A stretch of DNA of 64,000 nucleotides, taken from contig OY760175.1 in assembly GCA_963663165.1 (NCBI GenBank), positions 2,944,001 through 3,008,000 on the forward strand, given 5' to 3'. Each line of letters starts with the position of its first letter. Position 1 is the first letter of the stretch. This document shows positions 1 through 9,575 of the stretch, in pieces. The notes under the pieces were generated by a model. That model had not been told where the DNA came from and made no database searches. It saw only the letters and a program-made list of their open reading frames with translations. The position numbers and the translations under genes were made by a program. The stretch comes from an uncultured Desulfospira sp. (GTDB lineage Bacteria > Desulfobacterota > Desulfobacteria > Desulfobacterales > Desulfobacteraceae).

Positions 1-22
1 ATCTTTGAGGATAGGAAAGCAA

Positions 23-263
23 ATGACGGCAACAGCTGGTGCGGCCATCAGCAGCTTATGCTGTTAAAAGACTGCAAACGCGTATCGCAAAGGCTGCGAA
101 AGCAGGAAGATCCGGGCGGGCCGTCCTCCAGTGGCTTCTGACCCACTCTTACCATGCAAAGCTGTTAGCTGTAAAACGTGTGACCTCCAATAAAGGAAAA
201 CGCACTCCAGGTGTCGACAACGTCACCTGGAAAACCGCCAGGCAGAAATTCCAGGCGGCTTAG
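23..263 (+). pseudogene. ltrA: Group II intron reverse transcriptase/maturase, N-terminal remnant (frameshifted, rest deleted)
   Basis: VKRLQTRIAKA...LQWLLTHSYHAKLLAVKRVTSNKGKRTPGVD matches the N-terminus of bacterial intron RTs. The probable ATG at 23 is out of frame with the conserved part. Stops at 263 with no YADD. Confidence 0.85.
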
Positions 264-277
264 CCTTAGAAATGCTT

Positions 278-352
278 GAGCCGCATGACGGGAAACTGTC
301 ACGTACGGTTCTGAGCTAGCCTGGGGCAGTTAACTGCCTCAGGCTACCCGAT
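278..352 (+). ncRNA. Group II intron domains V and VI (3' end of intron)
   Basis: 34-nt DV GAGCCGCATGACGGGAAACTGTCACGTACGGTTC (278-311) with AGC triad and GAAA loop. DVI hairpin AGCCTGGGGCAG-TTAA-CTGCCTCAGGCT follows, ending ACCCGAT. Confidence 0.9.
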
Positions 353-447
353 TTTTAAAATCCAAACGATGCTGTCTTCTATATTGACATACTATTTTTT
401 TGATATATATTTATTGATATATACTAACGGTTGGAGGGAAGGGAAAT

Positions 448-696
448 ATGGATACAGCAAAATTATTTATCAATGGACGAAGCCAAGCATTAAGGCTACC
501 TAAAGCTTATCGATTTGAAGGCGAAGAAGTTTATATTAAAAAAATTTCTCAAGGCGTTCTTTTAATACCAAAAAACAAAACGGCATGGGGTGTTTGGGAA
601 AACAATTTGAAAAAATACGATAAGCCGTTTATGGCTGACAGGAATCAACCTGATTTACAGCAGGAAAGGGTTGGATTGAATGAATTATTTGATTGA
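448..696 (+). CDS. vapB: VapB/AbrB-family antitoxin
   Basis: [20 protein letters not shown] swapped-hairpin motif; overlaps the PIN toxin gene; TTGACA at 384-389 upstream. Confidence 0.92.
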   Translation: MDTAKLFINGRSQALRLPKAYRFEGEEVYIKKISQGVLLIPKNKTAWGVWENNLKKYDKPFMADRNQPDLQQERVGLNELFD

Positions 697-1084
697 TACA
701 AATATTTGTATTTATATAATAAACAGACACCCACCTGGGGTTATTCAAAGGTTTAAGAATTATGAAATTGGTCAAATAGCTATATCCTCTATTACTGTCT
801 CAGAGCTTAACTACGGTGTTGCCAAAAGCCAAAATAAAAAACAAAATGCAAAACGACTTGAAGAATTTCTCACTCCATTCAACATATTGCCTTATGATGA
901 AGTTGCATCAAGATACTATGGAATAATCCGCTCAGAACTTGAAAGCCAAGGAAAAGTGATCGGACCGCTGGATATGCTTATAGCCGCCCATGCAATAAGT
1001 GAAAATTTGACATTAGTGACTAATAACGAAAAAAAATTTCAGAGAATTAAATCGTTAAAGGTCGAAAATTGGGCTGTTCAATAA
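680..1084 (+). CDS. vapC: VapC PIN-domain toxin
   Basis: [10 protein letters not shown]...[12 protein letters not shown]...LVTNN PIN motifs. Confidence 0.95.
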   Translation: MNYLIDTNICIYIINRHPPGVIQRFKNYEIGQIAISSITVSELNYGVAKSQNKKQNAKRLEEFLTPFNILPYDEVASRYYGIIRSELESQGKVIGPLDMLIAAHAISENLTLVTNNEKKFQRIKSLKVENWAVQ

Positions 1085-1104
1085 TTCAAATCAATAAACA
1101 TAAC

Positions 1105-1256
1105 GTAACTATTCAGCTAATGCTGAAAACTAAGCGAAACCAGGGTCCGTAAGTGTTCATCAGTGCTTCATATTTGTTTGGCCTGGACTTCGCAGCATAC
1201 TTTTGCTATTTGGGAAGGTCTGAACGAGCGAAGATGGGGCACTGCTGAACAGTAAC
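1105..1256. mobile_element. Possible degenerate MITE with GTAA-type termini
   Basis: GTAACTATTCAGC at 1105 and GCTGAACAGTAAC ending 1256 form an 11/13 inverted match. No target-site duplication seen. Confidence 0.35.
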
Positions 1257-1838
1257 AATTTAATTTAGGGGACGTATTGGGTTCTTGCTCCCCGGTCGGC
1301 TCAGCCCAATGACCTTTATTAAAAAAACAATAGGTTGGGGTGGGTTTGCTATTGTTTGGGGTTTATCCTTTTGCATTTTTAGCCGAAGCCCGGGGAAAAA
1401 GTGTCAATAAAACAACTAATTGACTCGGCACTCTTACGGATAACAACGGGCTGGATGAGGATGCGCGTGAAAAACGCCCGTGCACCGATCACCCCGGCCG
1501 TTCTTGTGTGACATGAGGCCGCACTATTGGCTGTTTGGCAGGCCAGCCGGTCCTGAGCCAGCCCGGCATTTTCCTGCCTTCGCCTTAGGTGGCATGCGGT
1601 TCCCGATGCATCCGGCAACGGTGTAAAGCCCAACCGACAAAGGACCGAATTAACCCAACTGCAGAAAGGGCGGACGCCGTGAGGCGGATACCCTCCGGGA
1701 AGCCCCATTCCGGTTGAGGGCAAGGGGTTGGGGGACTTATCCCCTTTTCGGATTTCTTCTTTGTACTGGCCTTTTTTCCGTCAAACTGGTATTAAAAAAC
1801 ACAACCCAATTCAGCCAACCCTTTCAGGACATACAACA

Positions 1839-2780
1839 ATGACAGAAGATTTAAAAGTGTTCTCCGGCGGGTCCAATCAGGACCTGGCCCTGGAAATCTG
1901 CCGCCACATCGGCATCCCCTTAAGCCCCTTGAAAACCTCCCGGTTCTCCAACGACAATTTGTTTGTCCAGGTTCAGGAAAGTGTCCGGGAAAAGGATGTA
2001 TTTGTGGTGCAGTCGTTGACCGCGCCGGTCAGCGACCATATCATGGAGTTGATGATTACCCTGGATGCCCTTCGCAGTGCATCGGCCAAGCGGATCACGG
2101 CGGTCATTCCCTATTATTCCTATGCCCGGTCCGACAAAAAGGACGCCCCGAGGATTTCCATTACCGCCCGCCTGGTGGCCGATCTGTTGAAAACTGCCGG
2201 GGCTGACCGGGTCCTGACCATGGACCTTCATGCCGATGCCGTGCATGGGTTTTTCAGCATTCCCGTGGACCATTTAACGGCCCTTCCCATCATCTGTGAT
2301 TATTTTGCCGCCCACCTGGACCTGTCAAAGGTGGTGGTGGTGGCAACGGACGCCGGCGGGGCCAAACGGGCCGGCCGGTTTGCCAAATACCTGAACACCT
2401 CCCTGGCCATTATTGACAAGCGGCGCATCAGTGATTCAAAGGTGCAGCAGGGACTGGTCGTGGGAAATGTGGCCGGGCTGGACGCCATTATTTTTGATGA
2501 TGAAATATCCACTGGCGGCACCCTGGTCAGCACCGTTGAAACCCTCAAACAGGCCGGCGTAGGCCGGGTATATGTGGGGGCAACCCATCCGGTGCTTTGC
2601 GGCCAGGCCGTGGCAAACCTCAGTGGTTCACCCGTATCTGAAATCGTGGTCACCAATACGGTCCACATCCCTGAGAGCAAGCAATTTGCTTTGTTAACGG
2701 CTTTATCTGTGGCCCCGCTGTTTGCCCGGGCGATTCAGCATATTCATACCGGAGAAAGCGTCAGCGCCCTGTTTAATTAG
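1839..2780 (+). CDS. prs: Ribose-phosphate pyrophosphokinase
   Basis: VIPYYSYARSDKK, MDLHA, IDKRR and FDDEISTGGT motifs. Start moved to ATG 1839. Confidence 0.95.
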   Translation: MTEDLKVFSGGSNQDLALEICRHIGIPLSPLKTSRFSNDNLFVQVQESVREKDVFVVQSLTAPVSDHIMELMITLDALRSASAKRITAVIPYYSYARSDKKDAPRISITARLVADLLKTAGADRVLTMDLHADAVHGFFSIPVDHLTALPIICDYFAAHLDLSKVVVVATDAGGAKRAGRFAKYLNTSLAIIDKRRISDSKVQQGLVVGNVAGLDAIIFDDEISTGGTLVSTVETLKQAGVGRVYVGATHPVLCGQAVANLSGSPVSEIVVTNTVHIPESKQFALLTALSVAPLFARAIQHIHTGESVSALFN

Positions 2781-2910
2781 TGTTTGGACGGCTCGTTAGA
2801 GCTTCAGCTCACGAACTCACCCATCTGTTTTCAGGACTCACCCCCCATGAAGAGCAGAAAGAATTCTAACTGAGGATTTTAAACCCTTACAAGCGTCATC
2901 AAGGGAACGT

Positions 2911-2980
2911 CCTGAGAAGACATTCAATATATGTTGTGGGCGGTGCTTGGTTGGATAACCAAGGCGGCCCGTGGCCGTTA
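2911..2980 (+). repeat. Folded dispersed repeat, copy A
   Basis: TTCAATATATGTTGTG-GGCGGTGCTTGGTTGGATAACCAAGGCGGCCC-GTGGCCGTTA; near-identical to copies at 12.3, 17.2, 29.1 and 31.6 kb. Confidence 0.92.
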
Positions 2981-2994
2981 TATCTTAAAACTCA

Positions 2995-3435
2995 TTAATG
3001 TTCTACGCCAATGGGTGTAAGGCCGGTTGAAGCGGCAAGTGACAACTGGCGGGCATCATTCGAAAAAAAAGAATCGGCTCTTAAAGTGCAGGCTGTGGCC
3101 ACATGAATAATGTCTAAAGACCGTGACCCGATTTTGTCTGAAAAAGTTCCGGAAAGATCAATGGCCTTGCGGAACACATCTGTCCAGTCCACAACCGGCC
3201 GGTGATAAACAAATTCGTCTTCATGATGCCGTATAAGTGATGTGATTTTTCTGAACTGCTCTAAAGTCAGTTCATTTCTGAACTTTTTTAACTGCAAGGC
3301 ATTTGTAATCTCAATTTCGTGAAAAAGGGTAAGCGGAATGGACAAATCAAATTTTCTGGCCTTTTTTGCGATCAGTTCCGAGTCCGCCTCCTTGACATAA
3401 AGTTTTATGATGACACTGGTATCCCAATAAATCAT
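2995..3435 (-). CDS. PIN-domain toxin (VapC-like)
   Basis: IYWDTSVIIKLY...RSLDIIHVATA...FSNDARQ. Confidence 0.9.
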   Translation of the reverse strand: MIYWDTSVIIKLYVKEADSELIAKKARKFDLSIPLTLFHEIEITNALQLKKFRNELTLEQFRKITSLIRHHEDEFVYHRPVVDWTDVFRKAIDLSGTFSDKIGSRSLDIIHVATACTLRADSFFSNDARQLSLAASTGLTPIGVEH

Positions 3436-3665
3436 AGCAACCTTTCATCCCGGTCTTCTACAATGATATCGCTTATGGGTTTGCCTTTCAGGTCTACAGC
3501 ATCTTTCATGAAATCGGGCCAGTTGATCCGGGTTTGAGGCCCCGCTGCTATAAATTTGCCCACAACCTTTCCATGTTTTGTCACAAGGATTTCTTCTCCG
3601 GCCTCTATCCGCTGAAGCACCCGTGAAAAATTTTTCTGGATTTCTCCCACACTGGCCATCTTCAT
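3432..3665 (-). CDS. Phd/YefM-family antitoxin
   Basis: SVGEIQKNFSRVLQRIEAGEEILVTKHGKVV. ATG 3665 follows a G-rich RBS; 4-nt overlap with the toxin. Confidence 0.88.
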   Translation of the reverse strand: MKMASVGEIQKNFSRVLQRIEAGEEILVTKHGKVVGKFIAAGPQTRINWPDFMKDAVDLKGKPISDIIVEDRDERLL

Positions 3666-3684
3666 TATTTTCTCCCCCCCATAA

Positions 3685-3707
3685 TTTACGCATATTCTAT
3701 GCGTAAA
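3685..3707. promoter_or_regulatory. Palindromic operator of the Phd-PIN operon
   Basis: Perfect inverted repeat TTTACGCATA-TTC-TATGCGTAAA just upstream of the antitoxin RBS. Confidence 0.7.
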
Positions 3708-3808
3708 CTTTATCGAGGTCAATGTTTTTCAGCTCGACCGGCCAGGCTCGTTTGTTTTCTAAAAGTTTAACCCGGACTCAAACAGCAATGTACAGATCCG
3801 GATATAAA

Positions 3809-3840
3809 CTAACTTTTATTGATAATTATTTTTTATATGG
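3809..3840 (+). promoter_or_regulatory. Fur-box-like AT-rich site, paralogous to the ECF sigma upstream region
   Basis: CTAACTTTTATTGATAATTATTTTTTATATG vs CTAACTTTTATTGACAATATTATTTTCATATG at about 12596-12627. Confidence 0.5.
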
Positions 3841-3858
3841 ATAAAAAAAGTTTTTTGG

Positions 3859-3914
3859 ACTTTCTTTTAGGGGTTTTCCATGCCTGACGCATTATAAATT
3901 TACAGGAGGACACA
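3859..3914 (+). promoter_or_regulatory. Putative ECF-sigma-dependent promoter, copy 1
   Basis: AGGGGTTTTCCA-N8-GCAT...AGGAGGACACA; same spacing at 12480-12536 (-) and 13247-13298 (+). Confidence 0.7.
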
Positions 3915-3917
3915 AGG

Positions 3918-4130
3918 TTGCGTTGATCACGGGATGATCGCCTGGAATATGCTGCACACCGCCTGGTCCGGGCCGGTACGTCAGACTTCTCTGTCTGCCG
4001 GTATTAAACGCATAATCCAGGTTACAGTCCCAAAATTATCGTAACAGCGGCCTCTTAAAAAATGGAAAAGGACACCAACGAAACGATCACACTATCCGGG
4101 GAACCGGTTGCCCAAAGCCGGTCGTACAAT
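3918..4130 (+). pseudogene. Collapsed fecR remnant
   Basis: Three blocks match the 5' end, middle and 3' end of fecR 13301-14362 (ATCACGGGATGA..., CTGCCGGTATTAAA, ATGGAAAAGGACACCAACG...CTATCCGGGGA). Confidence 0.85.
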
Positions 4131-4187
4131 ATAAAGCACGGCCCCGGTAATGGTTGATCCGGAAAAACCAAAAAGGAAAGTTAAAAG

Positions 4188-6287
4188 ATGAACAAAACAA
4201 CTGTCAGGGTAAGCTTTTGCGCCACCATTATGCTATTGCTTTTATGTGCCGTACCCGTCTTGGCCGACCAGTCACCGGTTACGGTTCAATCCGGTACTGA
4301 AACCAAGGCGGAAAAAGATAAGGTGTATATGAAAATCGGGGACGTTACCGTCACCTCAAAAACCAGTTATGTGGCCTCTGCCGATGCCCCTGCATCAGTA
4401 GATGTTATCGGTTCCAGCGAAATTGAAATGGAAAATGTGGATTCCAGTATGGAATTGCTCAAAAAGGTGCCGGGGGCCTATTTTGGCGACTGGAACCAGG
4501 GGGGGCTTACCAGTTCATTTTCCCTGAGGGGGTATGATATCAACACGTCGGCTCCGGTGGCGCTGCTTATTGACGGCATTCCCGCATTTTACAGCAGCCG
4601 GAACATGATTGATATGGGGCCGATATTCCCCCTTGAAATCGATCAGATTGAGATGTTGAAAGGATCTTACGATCCCCGGTATGGCATCAACAATATTGCC
4701 GGCAGCGTGAATGTATATACCAAACGGGGCGGAGACTATACAAAGGCCCGTCTGCTTACGGGAAGTTATGACACCTACGACGGGCAGATAGCCGTTGGCA
4801 TCGAAGATGAAAATTTTTCCCAGAACTATTTTGCCGGGGCAAGGAGTTCGGACGGATACCGGGATCATTCCGAGACTGAAAGACAGGCCTTTTCCGGTAA
4901 ATGGTTTTATTCACTGGATGATCATAAAGGACAAATCGGGGCCATTGTCCGTTTTTTTAATATCACGGGAGATGCGCCCGGCTACCTTTCCCGGGATGAT
5001 GCCGACAACAATCCGACAAGCGCCGCCGCATACGCCCGCTCGGACGGCAGTGAACAGGAAAATAAGCAGGCCAGTCTCCATTTTGACTATGACTTTACCG
5101 AATCCCTTTACTGGTCTGTAAAAACCTATGCCCAGGAGATGGAGTGGGATAAGTTTTCACGCTGGAGCCTTACCGGGAGCCAAAGTGAAACCCTCATCAC
5201 CGAAAAACAATACGGTGCGGTTTCAACCTTAACCTTTGAGAAAAATTATCAAACCATTCAGCGCCTGAAAATTGACTGGGGGGTGGATTACCAGTACAGC
5301 GAGGCCACGGAACAGCGGTGGACAACCGTGGACAGGGTCCGGCAGGGCAGTGAATACCGGTATTTTGATTATGACATGCAGTATTGGGGCACCTTTGTCC
5401 AGGTGGACAGCGACATCAGGGACTGGCTGAGGATGTTCGCTGCCCTGCGTGTGGACAGTTTTGACGGAGATTGTATCAGCAAGGTCACCGGCAATGATTC
5501 CGACATGCTGGATCTTGATTTTATATGGCAGCCAAAGGTGGGGGCCGTGATCACCCCTTTCCAGGGGTATAATTTCTATGCCAACTGGGGCCGGACATTC
5601 CAGCTGCCCTCTACCCCGTACCGGTACGGGCAGGACACTTCCGGCAATCTTATATCAAGGGATCTGGCTGAATCTACAAATGACGGATGGGAAGTGGGGA
5701 TAAAAGCCTCTCCATTTGACTGGCTGTCCTTTCGGGCCGACGTATGGCAAATGGTCGCCAGCAATGAGGTCCGGAAAAAAGGCGACGGATCCGGGGACAG
5801 GATAAACGTGGGTAAAACCACAAGGGACGGCTGGGATGTTTCATTCAGTATCCGCCCCCATCCCTGGGTCTCCCTGTGGGGATCATACTCCCAGGTCAAA
5901 TCCGTGTACACGGATCCGGGAGAAGCGCTGGCGGCCGTTAAAGGAAAGGACATTGAACTGATCCCCAAAGAAACCGGAAAACTGGGCGTGGATTTTAATC
6001 ATCCCAAAGGCATCAGTAGCAGTATCTGGCTGGAACATCAGGGAGACTATTATGTGCTTGATGATGCCACAAATGAAAACGAACCCGTAGGCAACTACAC
6101 CGTTTTCAACTTTAAACTGGCCTATAAACTGGGACAGCTGACCAAAAAATTCAAAGACACCACCATTGGTTTTGAAGTCAAAAATTTATTTGATGAAGAT
6201 TACTATACCTATGTGTGGAACCTGGATAACGGATTTCAACCCGGCGATTCAAGAAGCTTTTATGTCTGGATGTCTGTGGAATTTTAA
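4188..6287 (+). CDS. TonB-dependent receptor without N-terminal signalling domain
   Basis: Signal peptide, plug motifs (ELLKKVPG, LRGY, LIDGIP, IEMLKG, GSVNV), VKNLFDEDY and terminal F; paralog of 14423-16771. Confidence 0.95.
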   Translation: MNKTTVRVSFCATIMLLLLCAVPVLADQSPVTVQSGTETKAEKDKVYMKIGDVTVTSKTSYVASADAPASVDVIGSSEIEMENVDSSMELLKKVPGAYFGDWNQGGLTSSFSLRGYDINTSAPVALLIDGIPAFYSSRNMIDMGPIFPLEIDQIEMLKGSYDPRYGINNIAGSVNVYTKRGGDYTKARLLTGSYDTYDGQIAVGIEDENFSQNYFAGARSSDGYRDHSETERQAFSGKWFYSLDDHKGQIGAIVRFFNITGDAPGYLSRDDADNNPTSAAAYARSDGSEQENKQASLHFDYDFTESLYWSVKTYAQEMEWDKFSRWSLTGSQSETLITEKQYGAVSTLTFEKNYQTIQRLKIDWGVDYQYSEATEQRWTTVDRVRQGSEYRYFDYDMQYWGTFVQVDSDIRDWLRMFAALRVDSFDGDCISKVTGNDSDMLDLDFIWQPKVGAVITPFQGYNFYANWGRTFQLPSTPYRYGQDTSGNLISRDLAESTNDGWEVGIKASPFDWLSFRADVWQMVASNEVRKKGDGSGDRINVGKTTRDGWDVSFSIRPHPWVSLWGSYSQVKSVYTDPGEALAAVKGKDIELIPKETGKLGVDFNHPKGISSSIWLEHQGDYYVLDDATNENEPVGNYTVFNFKLAYKLGQLTKKFKDTTIGFEVKNLFDEDYYTYVWNLDNGFQPGDSRSFYVWMSVEF

Positions 6288-6297
6288 AAAGAAAAAA

Positions 6298-6352
6298 AGG
6301 GACCAAAATCACCTGAAGGGTTCCACTTGAACACCCTGGGATTTTGGTCCCT
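6298..6352. terminator. Intergenic stem-loop
   Basis: AGGGACCAAAATC...GATTTTGGTCCCT 13-bp stem preceded by an A-tract. Confidence 0.5.
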
Positions 6353-6379
6353 GCACATATTTAACAGGGAATAAAAATA

Positions 6380-7186
6380 ATGATTTCATCGAAGCGTATT
6401 GCGGCAGGCCCCATCCTGGTCAAAATCAGTTTCATTTGTACGGTTTTGTTTTTAACTCTACCACCGGCATTTGCCCATGATTTCTGGGTTACCGTATCTC
6501 AAGGGGAAAACAAGATCTTCAAAGCCGACATCGGATACGGCCATGATTTCCCCAAAAGCGAACCCATCCCGGAAGACAGGGCACACCTTTTTGCTCCCTT
6601 AAAACTGGTGACTTCAGATGATGCCGTCACCCTTGACCAGGCCGGGGAGAATTATGCTTATCAGAAAACTCTGGATCTGAAAAAGGGAAGTTACATGGTT
6701 CTCGGGCTTTGCCGGTCAAGTTTCTGGTCTAAAGGCCCGGGGGGCTGGGCCATGAAAGACCGGATCCAGAGACCCGATGCCACCATCGTCCGGGAGGCCA
6801 TTTTGTGCACCAAGACCGTTTTTAATATAAAAGGTGCAACGGACACCCAATTAATCACAGATCCTGCCGGCCAGAGACTGGAGATGGTTCCCATGGTGAA
6901 CCCCGCCACTGTAACGGCGGGCAGCAAATTTCCCGTAAAAGTCCTGTGTGACGGCGAACCGGTTAAGACCACCAGTGTGACGGCCACATTTGCAGGGTTT
7001 TCAGACCAAAATTACCAGGCCTTTCAGGGAAAAACCAACCTTAAAGGAGAGATCGACATCATCCCCCTTAAACCCGGACTCTGGATTGCCAAAACAAAAC
7101 ACGTCCTTAAGCATCCGGATCAGGCAAGGGCTGATGAATATGTCCTGGTTGCGACCCTTACATTCAATATTCCGGCAAATCATTAA
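6380..7186 (+). CDS. DUF4198-family periplasmic protein (metal-uptake associated)
   Basis: Signal peptide then HDFW; GYGHDF, LEMVPMVNP, C-terminal ATLTF; located next to the TBDR. Confidence 0.8.
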   Translation: MISSKRIAAGPILVKISFICTVLFLTLPPAFAHDFWVTVSQGENKIFKADIGYGHDFPKSEPIPEDRAHLFAPLKLVTSDDAVTLDQAGENYAYQKTLDLKKGSYMVLGLCRSSFWSKGPGGWAMKDRIQRPDATIVREAILCTKTVFNIKGATDTQLITDPAGQRLEMVPMVNPATVTAGSKFPVKVLCDGEPVKTTSVTATFAGFSDQNYQAFQGKTNLKGEIDIIPLKPGLWIAKTKHVLKHPDQARADEYVLVATLTFNIPANH

Positions 7187-7192
7187 CAGGGA

Positions 7193-7243
7193 AAAAACCA
7201 TGGGATTCGAGCACACCCTTCGGGTACGAATCCCGTGGTTTTT
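7193..7243. terminator. Bidirectional intrinsic terminator
   Basis: AAAAACCATGGGATTCG...CGAATCCCGTGGTTTTT between convergent genes. Confidence 0.8.
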
Positions 7244-7317
7244 AGATTTTTTCAGATCAACAGTTCACAGCCGGGTGTTTCTTTCTTGAAACGCCCGGTT
7301 CTTCATTTCACCGATTT

Positions 7318-7926
7318 TCACATCAATGGTTGGCCTAATTTGTAAATGCCGTCACACAATCGGTTTAAAAGGGCGGCGTCATGGCTGACCACAATTAGCC
7401 CGATGTTTCTTTTTTTGCAAATTTTTAAGACCACCTGCCAGATTTTGGCCTGGGTGATCGCATCGACCATGGTCGTCATTTCATCGGCGATAATATATTT
7501 TGTCCCGGGATGCAGCGCCCTTACAATACAAATCCGCTGCAATTCTCCTCCGGAGAGTTCTATGGGCCACCGGCGCATCCAGTCCTGGCGGATTTCAAAA
7601 AGATCCAGAATATCCCGGTCCGGCGGATAAGATTCCTTTAAAAGTTCATTGATCCGCCATCTGGGGTTCACGGCTTTTTCAGGGTGCTGATGGATCAGCT
7701 GCACCGGCCGGAACCCTCTGGTCTTAACCGTTTTTAAATCTACTTTTACGTCACCGGTTCCGGGTCTGATATATCCGGCTAAGATTTTGGCAAGGCTTGT
7801 TTTTCCCGACCCGCTGTAGCCGGATATCCCAAGGACCTCGCCCGGGGCCACGCGAATTTGAACGTCTCTGAAAATCCAATTTTCTTTTTGATAAAAATGT
7901 CCCAGATTGTCACCGGTTAAACCCAT
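7318..7926 (-). CDS. Peptide/nickel ABC transporter ATPase
   Basis: GYSGSGKT, LSGGELQR, IIADE. Confidence 0.92.
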   Translation of the reverse strand: MGLTGDNLGHFYQKENWIFRDVQIRVAPGEVLGISGYSGSGKTSLAKILAGYIRPGTGDVKVDLKTVKTRGFRPVQLIHQHPEKAVNPRWRINELLKESYPPDRDILDLFEIRQDWMRRWPIELSGGELQRICIVRALHPGTKYIIADEMTTMVDAITQAKIWQVVLKICKKRNIGLIVVSHDAALLNRLCDGIYKLGQPLM

Positions 7927-7944
7927 CTTAATACCTATCTTTAT

Positions 7945-8736
7945 TTAAACATGAAAATCATTTTGGGGAAGTGCCCGCCACAGCCTTTGGGCATACGCTG
8001 TTTTTAAGGCCCGGCCTTTTCCCTGAAATGCAGACGCCTCGCTGACCTCTATGGAACGCCCGTCCTTTACAACCGCCACCTTATGGGCCACCCTTAATGC
8101 CGCCGTGATGTCATGGGTGATGAGCATGACCCCGGCCCCCTGCTTTGCAAAACGGGCCAGTTGCTTAAGGATTTCAGACAGGGCTGACGGATGGATGCCC
8201 GGTGTGGGCTCATCTGCGATCACCAGCCTTACCCCTTTTCGGACACTGGTGGCAAACAGCACCCGGCGCAGCATTCCCCCTGAAAGTTCATGGGGAAACA
8301 ACCCGGCGTGTTTTTGTTCAAGGCCATACTGCTCGAACAGTTCTTTTTGAAATGTTTTGGCCGTTTTCTTCTCAAGACCGATGCGAACCTGCCGGCCCAC
8401 CGTCATCAGGGGATCAAGATAATTCACAGACTGGGGAATAAAAGAGATTTCCCGGCCCCGCAGCCGGCCGATTTCTTGGGTTGTCAATAATTCTCCCCGA
8501 TAAAAAATTTCCCCTCCGCATCGGGCATTGCCCGGCAGAATTCCCAGGATTGCATGGGCCAAAAGACTTTTCCCGGCGCCGCTGGCCCCTAAAACCGCAA
8601 GGATTTCTCCTTGGTCAATATCAATGGATATATCCGAAATAGGCTGGATCATTCGTTTTTGTGTCCATTTAAGATATTGAGAAAACCCAATGGATAAATT
8701 CTTAACCTGCAGTAATTTTTCTCTTTTTATACCCAT
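7945..8736 (-). CDS. Peptide/nickel ABC transporter ATPase (OppD/NikD-like)
   Basis: GASGAGKS, FPHELSGGM, IADEPT. Confidence 0.93.
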   Translation of the reverse strand: MGIKREKLLQVKNLSIGFSQYLKWTQKRMIQPISDISIDIDQGEILAVLGASGAGKSLLAHAILGILPGNARCGGEIFYRGELLTTQEIGRLRGREISFIPQSVNYLDPLMTVGRQVRIGLEKKTAKTFQKELFEQYGLEQKHAGLFPHELSGGMLRRVLFATSVRKGVRLVIADEPTPGIHPSALSEILKQLARFAKQGAGVMLITHDITAALRVAHKVAVVKDGRSIEVSEASAFQGKGRALKTAYAQRLWRALPQNDFHV

Positions 8737-8746
8737 GGTTTTTTCC

Positions 8747-9574
8747 TTATTCGTTGGACGTTGCCGGATCCGTTAAAATACGAAATTGTTCACCAATATT
8801 ATCAAAACTTTTAATGACCATGATCAGCAGCATCCCGGGAAAAACAACCAGCCACCATTTCCCTGTAGAGATATGCCCCATGGCTTCTGAAAGAATGACC
8901 CCAACGGCCGGCGTCTGGGGGGAGAATCCAAACCCCAGAAACGTCAGCACGGCCTCATGAAGAATGACATGGGGAAATACCAGCAGTAAACCGATCAGAA
9001 TCTGGGGAAAAACCGCCGGCAGCAGATGCCGCCGTGCAATATACCAGGACGATTTGCCAAAGCTTTTGGATATGTGGATATATTCGGCATTTTTTTCCTG
9101 CATGACCTCGGCCCGGACAACCCTGGCAAGGGGGGTCCAGTGGGTGAGGGAAACACCTAAAATAATCCCCTGTATCCCGCCGCCTGCAATAAAGGAAATC
9201 AATATCATTGCCACCAGATGGGGCAGGCTGATGAACAAATCTATGATCCAGGAAATAACCTGATCCACGGACCGTCCGAAGGTAGCGGCACAGATGCCCA
9301 TGACACCGGCCATCCCCACACTGATCATTGATGTGAGCAATCCCACCGCCATGGACAGGCGAAGCCCTTTTATGGTACGGGTAAACATATCCCGGCCCAG
9401 CCAGTCCGTGCCAAACAGATGATTAAGGCTTGGGGCCAGGTTTTTGCTTTGGGCATGGATGCGAAGGTTTTGGTCTTCCAATGCAAACGCCGTGATAAGA
9501 ATCAGCAGCAGCAGGGAGGCGGAAAAAACAATCTGCCGTATTATTTTTTTTCTGATGTTGGAATTTTCTGTCAT
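8747..9574 (-). CDS. Peptide/nickel ABC permease (OppC/NikC-like)
   Basis: HLFGTDWLGRDM, ARVVRAE, LTFLGFG. Confidence 0.93.
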   Translation of the reverse strand: MTENSNIRKKIIRQIVFSASLLLLILITAFALEDQNLRIHAQSKNLAPSLNHLFGTDWLGRDMFTRTIKGLRLSMAVGLLTSMISVGMAGVMGICAATFGRSVDQVISWIIDLFISLPHLVAMILISFIAGGGIQGIILGVSLTHWTPLARVVRAEVMQEKNAEYIHISKSFGKSSWYIARRHLLPAVFPQILIGLLLVFPHVILHEAVLTFLGFGFSPQTPAVGVILSEAMGHISTGKWWLVVFPGMLLIMVIKSFDNIGEQFRILTDPATSNE

Positions 9575-9575
9575 T

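Noticed and set aside
1379..1723. 114-aa minus-strand ORF
   Set aside because: No recognisable motif or RBS; the region looks more like structured non-coding sequence.
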